Assembly (NCBI GenBank): GCA_025201805.1
Contig: MU619354.1
Location: 1 to 64,000, forward strand
Reading direction: 5' to 3'
DNA from: Parasitella parasitica NRRL 2501
Lineage: Eukaryota; Fungi; Mucoromycota
Length of the DNA stretch: 64,000 nt
The notes under the pieces are model-generated. The model made no database searches, was not told the origin of the DNA, and was given only the letters and a program-made list of their open reading frames with translations. The position numbers and the translations under genes were made by a program. Of the stretch, positions 16,941 through 28,200 are shown in pieces (the first letter of the stretch is position 1; every line of letters starts with the position of its first letter).

Positions 16941-17263
16941 ATGCCTCTCACAAAACCTCCACCACCACCACCAAAGCCTCAATTTGACGAGCCATCAACA
17001 CCCAAGGACTTTAATGAAAAGTTTAAGGTCAAGGAAACCACTAAATACATGAATCCTTGCGCTTTAGAGGAAAAAGAAAGCATGAAATGTCTTGATAAAA
17101 ATAATTATGATAAAAAACAGTGCGATTACTATTTTATGCAATATAAAGAATGCAAAAAGAAATGGGTAATATTTAGATAATTTCTTTCGAATGATTCGCA
17201 TACTAAATTCAGTTATCATAGATGGAAAACAGACGTGCACTTCGAAGAGCGGGACAACTTTAA
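16941..17263 (+). CDS. COX23: Cytochrome c oxidase assembly factor Cox23 (twin CX9C)
   Basis: KYMNPCALEEKESMKCLDKNNYDKKQCDYYFMQYKECKKKW; intron ~17166-17221, then MENRRALRRAGQL*. Confidence 0.88.
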
Positions 17264-17403
17264 TTTACTCACACATCTCATAATTCATTTGAAGTTTTCT
17301 AAACATGTAGACCAATGTATGCATCTGCTTCTTTGATTGCGCACCGAAATATTCGTGCGAATTGTAATGGATTTTATTGAAGAAATAAAGTAGATTAAAC
17401 AAT

Positions 17404-17851
17404 TTAATCAAAGAGACCTGATCCATGATGTTAAAATCGCATTTTATGGCCTTTATATCATAAAACTTACCGAAACCCATATCGTCATCAGACTCTTCTT
17501 TCTCTTCGGCCTTGGCCTCCTCAGCAGGAGCATCAGCAGCGGCGGCACCACCAGCGGCGGCACCACCAGCAACAGCAGAACCGGAACCAGGAGCACCAAC
17601 ATTCAAGAGAAGGGCCTTGAGGTCTTGACCAGCGAGGGCCTTAGCATAAAGGGAGAACCAGATAGGCTCAACCTCAACACCAGCGGCAGCAACAAGGGTT
17701 TGGAGCTTGTCAGCCTAAAAAAATTGCATGTACATGTATCAATAATCTGTAGCCAAATAATTTCAATCTGTTAAGAAAAACTTACAGTGATTTCGACATT
17801 GTCATCTTCAAGGATGAGAGCAGCATAGACGACAGCAAGTTCGGCAGACAT
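17404..17851 (-). CDS. RPP1: 60S acidic ribosomal protein P1 (3 coding exons)
   Basis: [22 protein letters not shown]|[27 protein letters not shown]...NVGAPG...[12 protein letters not shown]|GLFD*. Confidence 0.96.
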
Positions 17852-17852
17852 A

Positions 17853-17926
17853 CTATGAATAATATAAGTTAGATTATAATGTTTATCGTATGATGGATGG
17901 ATGGATGGATGGATGCTTCTACGTAC
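17853..17926 (-). other. Predicted 5'-UTR intron of RPP1 containing a (CATC)n microsatellite
   Basis: Minus strand: donor GTACGT, about 5-6 CATC units, branch CTAAC, acceptor CATAG one nucleotide before the ATG. Confidence 0.7.
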
Positions 17927-18540
17927 GTGCAAAATATGTATGTGGTAAGAGGAGGGATTAGTGACACACCAAAGCGATTTGTGAATTTGACGGATCCATT
18001 CATGAAGCAAAAAAGTCACAGTAGTGATTTTCAGTGCGGCGTTTCAAAAAAAAAAAAAAAAAAAGTTTGTAAAAAGTTATTAACAATTCGACTAAATCCG
18101 GTAAATTCCTGCAAATAAGTCTTGATAATGCTTCACCAGTCAAAATAAAGTGCTTATCGGATAGCCTTGATCATGAGGGTCTTAGACAAATATAAAATAC
18201 GGCTTGATTTGTTCCTTAAACAAAAGAATGGGTATTTATATGTATTTTATTATAAAATTTAGCGTTTAATGTTGCTGAGTGTGTGTATATATAGGCAGAC
18301 AAAGAGAACAAGATATGTTTTCAAAGCTGGCACCACGGTAGGGAATGTATAATTGATAGTTGGTGGTGTTTATAGCGGGAGTTATGGACCAAAACTACCG
18401 TAACGGTTATCAAGCTAAATTCCGAAAGAAGAAACAGATGATTTTGGTTACTTTTTATAAGTCTTATTTATTTCATGAATATAAGCATTCCTGTCGAGGC
18501 ATAATCTCCCATAACTGAAAGACTTACCGTTTCCGTAGAC

Positions 18541-18980
18541 TTGCTTGACAAAACAGTTGCAAGCTATGTCAGAAAACATGCAGTTTGTTGGATTTCCAAA
18601 CGTCATGTTGAATATTCTTCAGAAGCAAACAAACCCGATGAAAACCAGCAGCAAAGTACGCGTAAGAGACAAATATTGCATCCTGAAGTATGGTACAATG
18701 AGTATACTTGTCATTTAGCAGGAAAGAAGTGTCATCAAAATCAGGACACAGGCAAAAATGGTAAACCTAAAAAAAAACAAGTCAAAAAAACAAGGATGCA
18801 TGGCTAGATTTAAGGAAATTGTGTACAAAGCAGATCCAGCCAACGTAGTGCTCATAACAGAAAAAGAGCACAATCACTGAATTTGGTTAGTGGAAGACCT
18901 TTAGTACTTTCCAGTTTCGGATGAAGCAAAGGCATTGATCGAGATTCGCTTGCGTCAAGGATATCGAAAGAGAGAAGCTC
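18541..18980 (+). pseudogene. Decayed Mutator (MULE)-type transposase fragment, FAR1/WRKY-GCM1-like zinc-finger region
   Basis: WYNEYTCHLAGKK, then after a frameshift SKKQGCMARFKEIVYKADPANVVLITEKEHNH*IWLVEDL*YFPVSDEAKALIEIRLRQGY (C...GC...HNH pattern with in-frame stops). Confidence 0.65.
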
Positions 18981-20008
18981 TTTTTTTACAAAGGTGAATC
19001 GTTTATTTTCCATATTGGAAACTAATATAAAAATTAAGCTTTTTGATTGGCTGAAATTATTTAAAAAATTTAGTACATCCGCGTTCTTTTAACTTCGGTT
19101 TGATTGATTGAATGCAAAGTCTCAAGAGGCACCACTTTATTTATGGCCTTTGGAGAATGTTTTAGCTGTATGTAGCTCTTAGATCTGCATACTATTTGTC
19201 ACAGGTTTGCAGCAAACCTAAACATCATAAATTGAAACCATACACAAGTTAAATAATGAATAAAAAATCAGTTTTCATAGATTAAATAGACATTAAAATT
19301 AACAGATTTTTTCGAAACTTTAGACAGTAGAAGCTTATTTGGGTTATAGCAGCCGAAAGTATTGTATCTGCCCCAGCAGGTGATGCATCTACAACTAAAT
19401 GCATTCGAAATAATATCAGGTTTCCCATGCATATCCATGTTATTGTCGATCTATCATATACATTTCATGAAATGTTGCGAAATACAAAGTAGAAAAGCGT
19501 TCTTTTGCTGAATCTCTATTCTCTAGCAATGCTAAGAACAAGGTACATTATTGATTATTTGACTATATATAGTGATTACTCTCAAGTTATATATCTAAAG
19601 TAATCATTGTTACTTTTTTGGGCTTCATGCTCATTGAAAAGCATTTACCTTTTTGTTGTACTTTTCGTTTGTTTATCAATGCAATATGCCAAATAGAGTG
19701 GGCATCTAATATTCAGTTCCCAAGAACAATATGTAGAATGTCTTTAAATAGATTTATTTTAATTGTAGACCGGGGAGCATTCAATAGATAAATTACTTGT
19801 CAGACATACTCGTGTTCATCGGACCGTTTGAGTTTCACAGTAAATTATGTTGGCGACCACAAATAGTTTGCACAAGATGGAAATATATTACATTGATTTC
19901 ATATTGTTGACATGGAATGGGAGTAAACCAAAAGTTCAAGAGATAAAGGTAATATAAAAGAAAGGGGAAGATGAGTATATGAACTGTATCAGGGGACTAT
20001 GCTATCAT

Positions 20009-20641
20009 TTATTGGCCCTGTCCTGGTTGATTTACAGGCGTATTTTCATCTGGTTTATAAGCTGGAGGTGGTGCTTGTATTGATTCAGGAATGATACGAT
20101 CATTGTGAGGCGGTTGAGTAGAAGAAGCTTGCTGCATCATGTATAATTGGGCTTCATTTTCTTGTGCCAATCTTTTGCGCATTCCTTTTATACTTCTGAC
20201 TATATACCAGATCAAAATAGCAACTATGAAAAGACCAACAAAAATTATAAACACAAATCTATTATTTTGTCTAAGCCAGCTCTGCTGGTTTCCAGGGTTT
20301 GTGTATTCATTTGCGTCCCAGCCTGTGCTCTGCACGGAGGGTACAGCATGTGTGTGAGTACTAGTCGTTGTTGGAATGGAAGGATCCGTAGATGACGGGA
20401 TAACAGAAGTGGGTATGGAGTGTGCTGATGAATGAGAAGTCGAAGAAGAAGTGGATGGCAGTGTCATTGAAATACTGTTATTACTGCTATTAATTATATC
20501 ATTTGTAGTATTAGAGGTGGCAGTAGAGGTGGCAGTGGCAATGGCGCTGTTTGTTTCGATAGCTTCATTGGTGGTCTGTGCTAATATAATAGTAAATAAA
20601 TATGCTAATAATATTATCAAAAAATGCTTTGATAAGCTCAT
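20009..20641 (-). CDS. Type I membrane protein: signal peptide, Ser/Thr-rich ectodomain, one TM helix, cytosolic PPAY motif
   Basis: 210-aa intronless ORF; hydrophobic N-terminus; TM FVFIIFVGLFIVAILIWYIV followed by basic RSIKGMRKR; tail APPPAYKP. Confidence 0.85.
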   Translation of the reverse strand: MSLSKHFLIILLAYLFTIILAQTTNEAIETNSAIATATSTATSNTTNDIINSSNNSISMTLPSTSSSTSHSSAHSIPTSVIPSSTDPSIPTTTSTHTHAVPSVQSTGWDANEYTNPGNQQSWLRQNNRFVFIIFVGLFIVAILIWYIVRSIKGMRKRLAQENEAQLYMMQQASSTQPPHNDRIIPESIQAPPPAYKPDENTPVNQPGQGQ

Positions 20642-21594
20642 TATTTAAGAGGAAAATGCGAAAAATTGTACTATTAAGCACAAGCAAGAAAAGCGAAAGA
20701 AAGGGGAATTTGGAACAAATGAAAAAGAAGAGAATAAAGGAAAGAGGGAGCAATCTGTTCTATTTGTTCCCCCGCGAAAAATAATGTTCACAAAAGGATT
20801 AGAAGAGGCCTGGGATCAGCACTTGGATTGTTAGAGTCAAACGAGGGTCTCGATCGTCAAGGTCTTTTGGTGATAATAATAAAATAGGAGATGAATTTTT
20901 ATTGTACGAGGAATTTTCAGGTCATATATATTGAGGAAATATAGTCAGCGATAGTGGAATGATAAGTATAAATGTATCATTCACACCAAGTTTTGGTTTT
21001 GAGCTGAGTAAATAGTACATTTTAAGCTACTTTTTGTGTCTGCCTGACGGTGCTTGATAGGTTTACTAACGCATTCTAAATTTTCTGAATGTTGGAAGTT
21101 GTTTTCACTCTTTATCTGAATATTTTTATGTCGTAAGTCGATAGTGGAATATTAATCGACCTCCTTCTTATCAGCTAAGCAGGAAGAGGCAGTATATGCT
21201 AATCATTCAAATAGTGCTTGAAAAGCTTCGAGAGAATCCCAAAGACTTCAAAGCGGTTGGAAATAGCAGAGTGCTATAAAAATGTCAAATTACATTGATA
21301 TTTATCATCGATTAAAGCATAAACCAAAAATTTATGTATATTCTGACAAATATAATTATGCAATTTGGTCAAGCTTATCATGATCAAGTAGTTATCTGTA
21401 AATCTAAAGACCAAGACGATATGTATAGAGTTCATGTAGTATCAACATCCCAAAATGGTAAACTCTTGGGATTCAGAGTGATGACATCAAAAAAAGGATG
21501 TAGAGGACTAGGGGAACTCGGAGTAAAAAGACAGAGTGCAAACATTGATTACATTGTTCAATCAACTCTCTTCCCTCTTTATAACATCGTAATT

Positions 21595-21893
21595 ATGAGT
21601 TTGCTCAGTAGTGTTTCTGGTTTTGCTGCCTTTGGTGTTCTCGTCCGTTCATATGCTCTTGGTCTTCAAAAACGTCCCATCTTTTCTAGTGAGTGTTGAA
21701 TCAGTAGAAATTACATAATATTTTGAACCATTTTTTTATAGACCCTAGTAGCCATGTTTTAGCTGCTACTATCTTCGGTTCAACTGGATACTTACTTTAC
21801 AACATACAAGAAAGACAAACAGCTCTTATTGCTGCCAAAAAGGAAACAATGATTACGAACAGAGCTCGCGCAAAAGAACTCGCAACACAATAA
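21595..21893 (+). CDS. Small mitochondrial complex I accessory subunit (fungal 14-kDa/NUUM-like family)
   Basis: MSLLSSVSGFAAFGVLVRSYALGLQKRPIFS, intron 21689-21741, then NPSSHVLAATIFGSTGYLLYNIQERQTALIAAKKETMITNRARAKELATQ*. The FG..VR...LG...RP.F and G..GY....ERQ patterns match the family as recalled. Confidence 0.72.
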
Positions 21894-22058
21894 ATATCTG
21901 TACAAAGAGATTATATCATCTACACTGTAATAAAAACAACAATGATTTAAAATTGATCAATATGCAATAGACGCATACAATTTGAATCAATTAACAAAAA
22001 TCAGACATGCAGCAAATTGTAATTGAAGTTAGGCAAATTTATTTGTAAAAATACATGC

Positions 22059-23539
22059 TTAGATAAATTCTTCCGTTTCCTTCAATTTTATCTTTCTAGC
22101 CTCTTCTTCTTCGGTTCGAATGCGTTCTACCTCTTTGCGTAGAACAGATGTCAATTTAATCACATTTTTTTCATACTTTGCAGATACGGGAACAATGGGA
22201 ATGGCTGAATTTACTTGCTTCTGAAGTAAAGCCAAATTTTCTTTTGCTGTACCCACTTTATCGGCCTTATTTGCAACGATCAAAGATTGACGTTTTGTGA
22301 GACCAGGTCTGTAAGCTTCTAATTCATACTGCAATGTCTTCAAGTCTTCAAATGGAGAATGTCCACTAACGTCAATGACATAAACTAAAATCTTGGCACG
22401 CTCCACATGTCTAAGGAAAGCGTGTCCCAAGCCTATATTGCGATGTGCTCCTTGGATTAACCCAGGAATATCGGCAACTGTCAGTTGATACTGATCTGCA
22501 TAATCAACAGTGCCAACATACGGGTGCAAGGTTGTGAAAGCATAGTCTGCTTGTTTGGGATGTGCATTTGAGATGGAACTCAACAGCGTTGATTTCCCAG
22601 CATTGGGAAGACCCACCAACCCAATATCTGCAATGGTTTTAAGCTCCAGCTCTATCTCACAAACCTCTCCTTTCCGCCCACGAGTAGCCCATTTTGGCGA
22701 TCGATTTTCAGTTGTCAAAAAATGAGGATTACCATAGCCACCAGCACCACCACGACACAAGATTAACTCTTGATTATGTTCCGTCAAGTCGACTTCAATC
22801 CTCTCTTTCTTTTCAGTGCGGAGACGCCAACGGTAATAACGATCTTCTTCATCCATTAATCTTTCAGCTTGCTTGAAGAAATTAACTCGGCCCTCGGGAG
22901 CGTTGTCTTGTTCAGCTCGAGGATAAAGAACCCAACGGGCTTCACGCTGCTTTTGCTCTTCTTCTGCAGTCAATTCTGCTTCTATTGCCTCTTCCTCTGG
23001 TTCTCGGCTAACTTCTCGAACCACTGTTCCTACTGGCACTTCAATCACTAAATGCTCTCCCATGGTGCCGTGTCTTCCAGCACCAAGACCGTTCTGTCCT
23101 CTTTTCGCACTACACATGCGACCCATTCTTTTAAGTGTGCTCTCGTCCGATGTGGCGCGAATAATAACATTGCCTCCTCGACCTCCATTTCCGCCATTAG
23201 GAGGACCTTTAGCAAGGTACTTTTCTCTTTGAAACGATACACAGCCATCTCCTCCATCACCTCCTCTGGCTTTTACTCGGACAAAATCTACAAACTGTCT
23301 GCCCTTATAGCATAGACTAGTTGAATGACTAGGCCTTGATGAATCTAAACACTGTTACTTACTTTTCCTCGCAGTTTATACTGCACGGAGCCTTTTCTAT
23401 CAAAATCCTCCTCCACATTAAATGAAGAGGCTGTATGAAATTGTGTGACAATTTGCTGTTGGTATCTTGACTTGCACACGTTGGATAGCGCTATAGACAG
23501 CGAATTGGATTTGGTGATAGATCTTGCCAAGAGTAGCAT
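22059..23539 (-). CDS. MTG2: Mitochondrial Obg-family GTPase Mtg2
   Basis: Mitochondrial presequence-like exon 1; Gly-rich Obg fold (GGDGGDG, GPPNGGNGGRGG, GGAGGYGNPHF); GLVGLPNAGKST, YAFTTLHP, DIPGLIQGAH, NKAD, SAK. Confidence 0.93.
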
Positions 23540-23737
23540 TGCTTGTCATATAAAAGCTAATAGCTCGGAGCACTGGAGAGAGAGGAGGAGGGTCTGATTG
23601 CAGCACCGGCAATCCAACAACCACACCATTACCGAGCTTACCCGGAGCGACACCATTACACTAGTCACGAAAGGTTGGGATGTGTATAAGATCCAGTTGA
23701 CATTTGAGAAAAGACTAACTCTTCCTCTATCTGCCAG

Positions 23738-23808
23738 GTAAAATCACGAAGCCATACATCCATCTACCCATCCATCGTAAATACTAACCGATGGTTTATA
23801 ATGCGCAG
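23738..23808 (+). other. Predicted 5'-UTR intron of RPP0 with CATC/CATA cluster
   Basis: CAG|GTAAAA donor; CCATACATCCATCTACCCATCCATC; perfect TACTAAC branch at 23782-23788; GCAG acceptor 35 nt before the ATG. Confidence 0.72.
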
Positions 23809-23843
23809 TTCTTTAAAAAAGTCCTCGAACAGTAATTATCAAC

Positions 23844-24770
23844 ATGTCGAAGAGAGAAAACAAGGCCCTTTATTTCCAAAAGCTGACCAACTACTTGGAC
23901 ACCTACAAGTCCATCTTCATTGTCAATGTTGACAATGTCAGCTCTAACCAAATGCATCAAATCCGTTTCTCCCTCCGTGGTGAGGCTGTTGTCCTCATGG
24001 GTAAGAACACCATGGTTCGTCGTGCCTTGAAGGGTTTGATCGCTGAGCGTCCCGAACTTGAGAAGCTTCTCGGCTTCGTTAAGGGTAACATTGGTTTCGT
24101 TTTCACCAACGGTGACCTCAAGGCTATCCGTGAAAAGATCGTCTCCAACCGTGTCGCTGCTCCTGCTCGTGCTGGTGCCATTGCTCCTGATGATGTTACT
24201 GTTCCCGGTGGTAACACTGGTATGGAACCAGGAAAGACCTCTTTCTTCCAAGCCCTCGGTATCCCCACCAAGATTGCTCGTGGTACCATTGAAATCGTCT
24301 CTGATGTCAAGCTTGTCGCCGCTGGTACCAAGGTCGGTCCTTCCGAGGCTACCCTTTTGAACATGCTGAACATCTCTCCCTTTACCTACGGTATGGGTGT
24401 CGTTCAAATCTACGACGATGGATCTCTCTTCTCTGCCGAAGTTCTCGATGTTGAGGAGTCCCAATTGGTTGCCAACTTGTTGGCTGCTATCCGCGAGATT
24501 GCCTCCATCTCTCTTGCTGTTGGTTATCCTACCTTGGCTTCCGTTCCTCACTCTGTCATCAACGGATACAAGAACTTGTTGGCTGTCTCCGTCGCTTCCG
24601 ACTACACATTCCCCGGCTCTGAGCAAATCAAGGAATACATTGCTAACCCTGATGCTTTCGCTGTTGCTGCCCCCGCTGCTGCTGAGACCACTTCTGCCCC
24701 TGCTGCCGAGGCTGCTGCTGAGGAAGAGGAGGAAGAAGATGATGATATGGGTTTCGGTCTCTTTGATTAA
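23844..24770 (+). CDS. RPP0: 60S acidic ribosomal protein P0 (uL10)
   Basis: [59 protein letters not shown]-terminus [13 protein letters not shown]. Confidence 0.98.
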   Translation: MSKRENKALYFQKLTNYLDTYKSIFIVNVDNVSSNQMHQIRFSLRGEAVVLMGKNTMVRRALKGLIAERPELEKLLGFVKGNIGFVFTNGDLKAIREKIVSNRVAAPARAGAIAPDDVTVPGGNTGMEPGKTSFFQALGIPTKIARGTIEIVSDVKLVAAGTKVGPSEATLLNMLNISPFTYGMGVVQIYDDGSLFSAEVLDVEESQLVANLLAAIREIASISLAVGYPTLASVPHSVINGYKNLLAVSVASDYTFPGSEQIKEYIANPDAFAVAAPAAAETTSAPAAEAAAEEEEEEDDDMGFGLFD

Positions 24771-25229
24771 ATTTCTTAAAATCAAGCTCATTTTGCTGTA
24801 AAAGTTTATTTTAAATAAATTCTCTTTTGTTCGTATCTGCAAGATAAACTCTCTATATTGCGCTACAATTTTATGTGTAGAATCTCTTATTCGAGCCATA
24901 ATATAAGTAAATTATTTCTCTGAATGGTGCCATCAACTTGATACGTAAAAATGCACATATTGTGTTACCTTGATAGACAACAGTAAAAATCATAATACAC
25001 ACAAAGTAGCTGGCATCATCAACCTTTCTTTGAAAAATAATGCAATGACAGATTCTACATGTTTACTAGATGAGCAGTGTTCCATACTCTTTTGAGTCTG
25101 TACTTGTATAAGGTATTTGTACTCCAATGAAATATTTAGTGTCCTACGTGATTAAAATGAAAATTATATATATAAAAGCATTGCCCCCTATTAATTTGCT
25201 TTATTTCTTTTTTCTTTCTTATATACATT

Positions 25230-28200
25230 ATGACGGAAACATCACCCCCTAGTGTTAAAAGCCGAATGTCTTCGTTAGAGGCCGCTGGCCTTGCAGGCGC
25301 AAGCAAAAAGCCTGCCCCATCTACTACACCTTCGTCTGTAAGGCCTTCAAAAACTCCCGCTGCTGCTACCAAAAGCACTGCAGCTAGATCAGCAACAGTT
25401 TCGTCTGCTCGCTCAACTGCTACTAAGCCAACTGCAAGCTCTATTCGAGCATCAAAGACACCGGTTACTAGCAGCACGGCAGCCAGACCACTTTCTACCC
25501 GAGCAACTGCTACACCTGGAGTAACCAGAAGAACGTCTGTAGTTTCGACTACATCTACTGTGTCTGCTTCATCTCCAAGTCCACCGCCCACGCGAAAGAC
25601 TACTGTTCCCTCTGTGCGTTCCACAACTAGTTCAATGGTAAGTAACGGAACCAAGGTAACGCCTACCGCGTCAACACCTCGCTCTGCTCGCGCTGCTGCT
25701 TCAGGCGCCTCTGCTACCCCTGTTCGTCGCACAGCTTCCGTAATTTCAAACGGTACAGGTGGTAGATCATCCGCTTCCCCATCCTCTACAACAACATCTA
25801 GTACCAAATCTGCTGAAATGATGGCGGAGCTAAAGGCTTTCAAGATCAAGGTAAATTGAGCCATGGCTACTTTAGGCATACAAAACAATATATTGATCTT
25901 GTGTTGCATAGCACGAAGAATTGGAAGCTCTATTAGCCGAAAAGCAATTTTTGATTGATAGTAAAGATGCTGATTTGAGCTCACTCAAAGAGAGATTAGA
26001 GAAAATCGAAACAGGTTTAGCTACCCCTGAGGATTTGGAACAAGAAAGTAGTAGCAGTGCTACTAATAATAAAGCTAATTCAGACTACGCGGGCGGTAGC
26101 AATGATGAAAACGGCACCGCTATTGCTGAAGTTCAGGAAGCGCTGGAGGAACTGAAATCGCAATTGAAAGAGGTTGAAAAATCGCGTGATGAGGCGTTAG
26201 AAAAGCAAAAAGAGGTAGCAAATCAACTCGAAGAAGAGAAGGCTGCATTGACGAGACAACAGGAAGAAGCCGAGGAATTATTGAGAGACCAGATGGAGAA
26301 ATTACGTGAAAAGCTGGAATTTGAAAAGAGGGAATTAGCTGATCGTATCATTGAAAAAGAGTCAGAGATGGTTCACCTTAGAAAAGACATGGATGAACTC
26401 CGTGATAGCATTCAGGTAAATAACTTTTTTAATATTTGATCTCGCTGGGAGGCTGAATAGATCCTATAACAGGACATGCACAAATCACACCAAACACGAA
26501 TGACAGCTTTCAGTAACCAATTGAATGAGCAACATGCTAATCAAATTACGGCTATGAAAGAAGATTATGAGGAGCAGCTAAGCAAATTACAAGAAACGTT
26601 GAAGCAATTGCAAGAACCTAATTTGGATGCAGAAAAGCAATTGGAAGCCCAAAAAGTTGAATTACTGGCTAGAATTGAGCATCTAGAATCTATTTCCGAA
26701 GAATCCAAGACAGAATTCGAAGCTGAATTAATTAAACTAAAGGAGGAATCTGTCCAGCAGTTGAAAGAACTAAATGCAGCCCATGAAACACAAAAAGATG
26801 AGATTTCTGCTACTTTAAAGGTTAGCTGCTACATTTCTTGATACATTTGTATAAACTCTGACATCAGATAATAGGAAGAAATCGCCTTGCTAAAAGTAAA
26901 GCACGAAAAAGAACTTGAGAATGTGAAAAGCCTTCATCACAGTGAGATTGACCAAGTGCAGGCAGCTATAGACGAAGCTCAAATCAGGAACATTCGATCA
27001 GAGGCCGAGGTAGGGTATAGATGATGGAAATTTAATGTAGAAACTGACAATTATTCCAGCAATTATGCCGCCAAGAGTTTGAAAAGGAATTAGCAACTGC
27101 AAAATTCGAGCATGAGTCTGTTTTGAGCGCTGCAAAAGAGGAGCAGGCGCGCATTAAAAAAGAAATTGAGTTATTAAAATCTACTGGAGAAGAACAAGGC
27201 ATTACATTGAAAGTTCAATATGAGCAACTTGTCGAAGAAGCGAAGGAGAGTGAAAAGGTATGTTAAATGAGCATATAATCATTAAAAGGCATCTTTAAAT
27301 AATGGCATTTTTTGTCAGGTTCGCCTTGAGGCAGAGTATGAAGTAAAATTAAACGAGCTCAAACTAGCCCATACGGAAGCTATGCAACTGCAAAACGCTC
27401 AGAGCCAAGATGAAGTCAAAATGGATATTGAAAATATCAAGACAGCACATGCCCAAGAACTTCATGATCTTGCCGAAAGCCATGCTAATGCCATCAAAGA
27501 AGTAAAGAATACTACGGTTGCGAATGCTCGCTCTGAAACCGAGCGTCAAGTTCGAGAAGAATTTGAAGCCAAAATTGAGCAAATGACTGCTAGCCATAAT
27601 CAAGCCATTGAGCAGCTTCAAAGCCATCATTCTAGTCGTATGGAGCAGTTGGAATCGGAATTGAAATCCGAGATCAGTAATCAAGTTGCCATTGTTCAAG
27701 AGCATCAAAATAAAGTTGATCAACTAATAGCTGAAAGGGAGGGCCATTTAGACACTATTCGCAAAGACATGGAGGACGCTTTAAAGGAAGTCCATCAAGG
27801 TGAAATTTCTCGTCTTGCAGCAGAGCACGAATCCAAGATTAATGAGTTGAAGCGAGACAACATTTTACAAAGAGACCGCGAACGTGAATCCATCGAAACC
27901 AAGCATCAACAAGCATTGTCCGAACTAAAATCCACTCATCAGGAAGTGCTAGCACAATTGGCAGAAAAGCACAGCGTTCAGTTGAATGAGGCTCTTAGCA
28001 CCACAAACAAAGCAGTAACTAGCGATTTATCTCAACAAATGGAAGCTGTCAATTCAAAGCATGAAGCCGCATTGGAAAACTTGACTGAAAAACACCAAGA
28101 GCAAATAAGTAAATTGGAGTCAAAAGCTAAACAAGATTTAGAAGCTACTATTGCAGAATTAAAGGAATATCATCATCAAGAATTAAATGATGTAACTGCC

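Noticed and set aside
23796-24899. 367-aa antisense ORF over RPP0
   Set aside because: Shadow ORF expected from the strong codon bias of a highly expressed ribosomal protein gene; no independent protein features
25136-25984. 282-aa antisense ORF opposite the S/T-rich exon of the coiled-coil gene
   Set aside because: Low-complexity mirror of the sense exon
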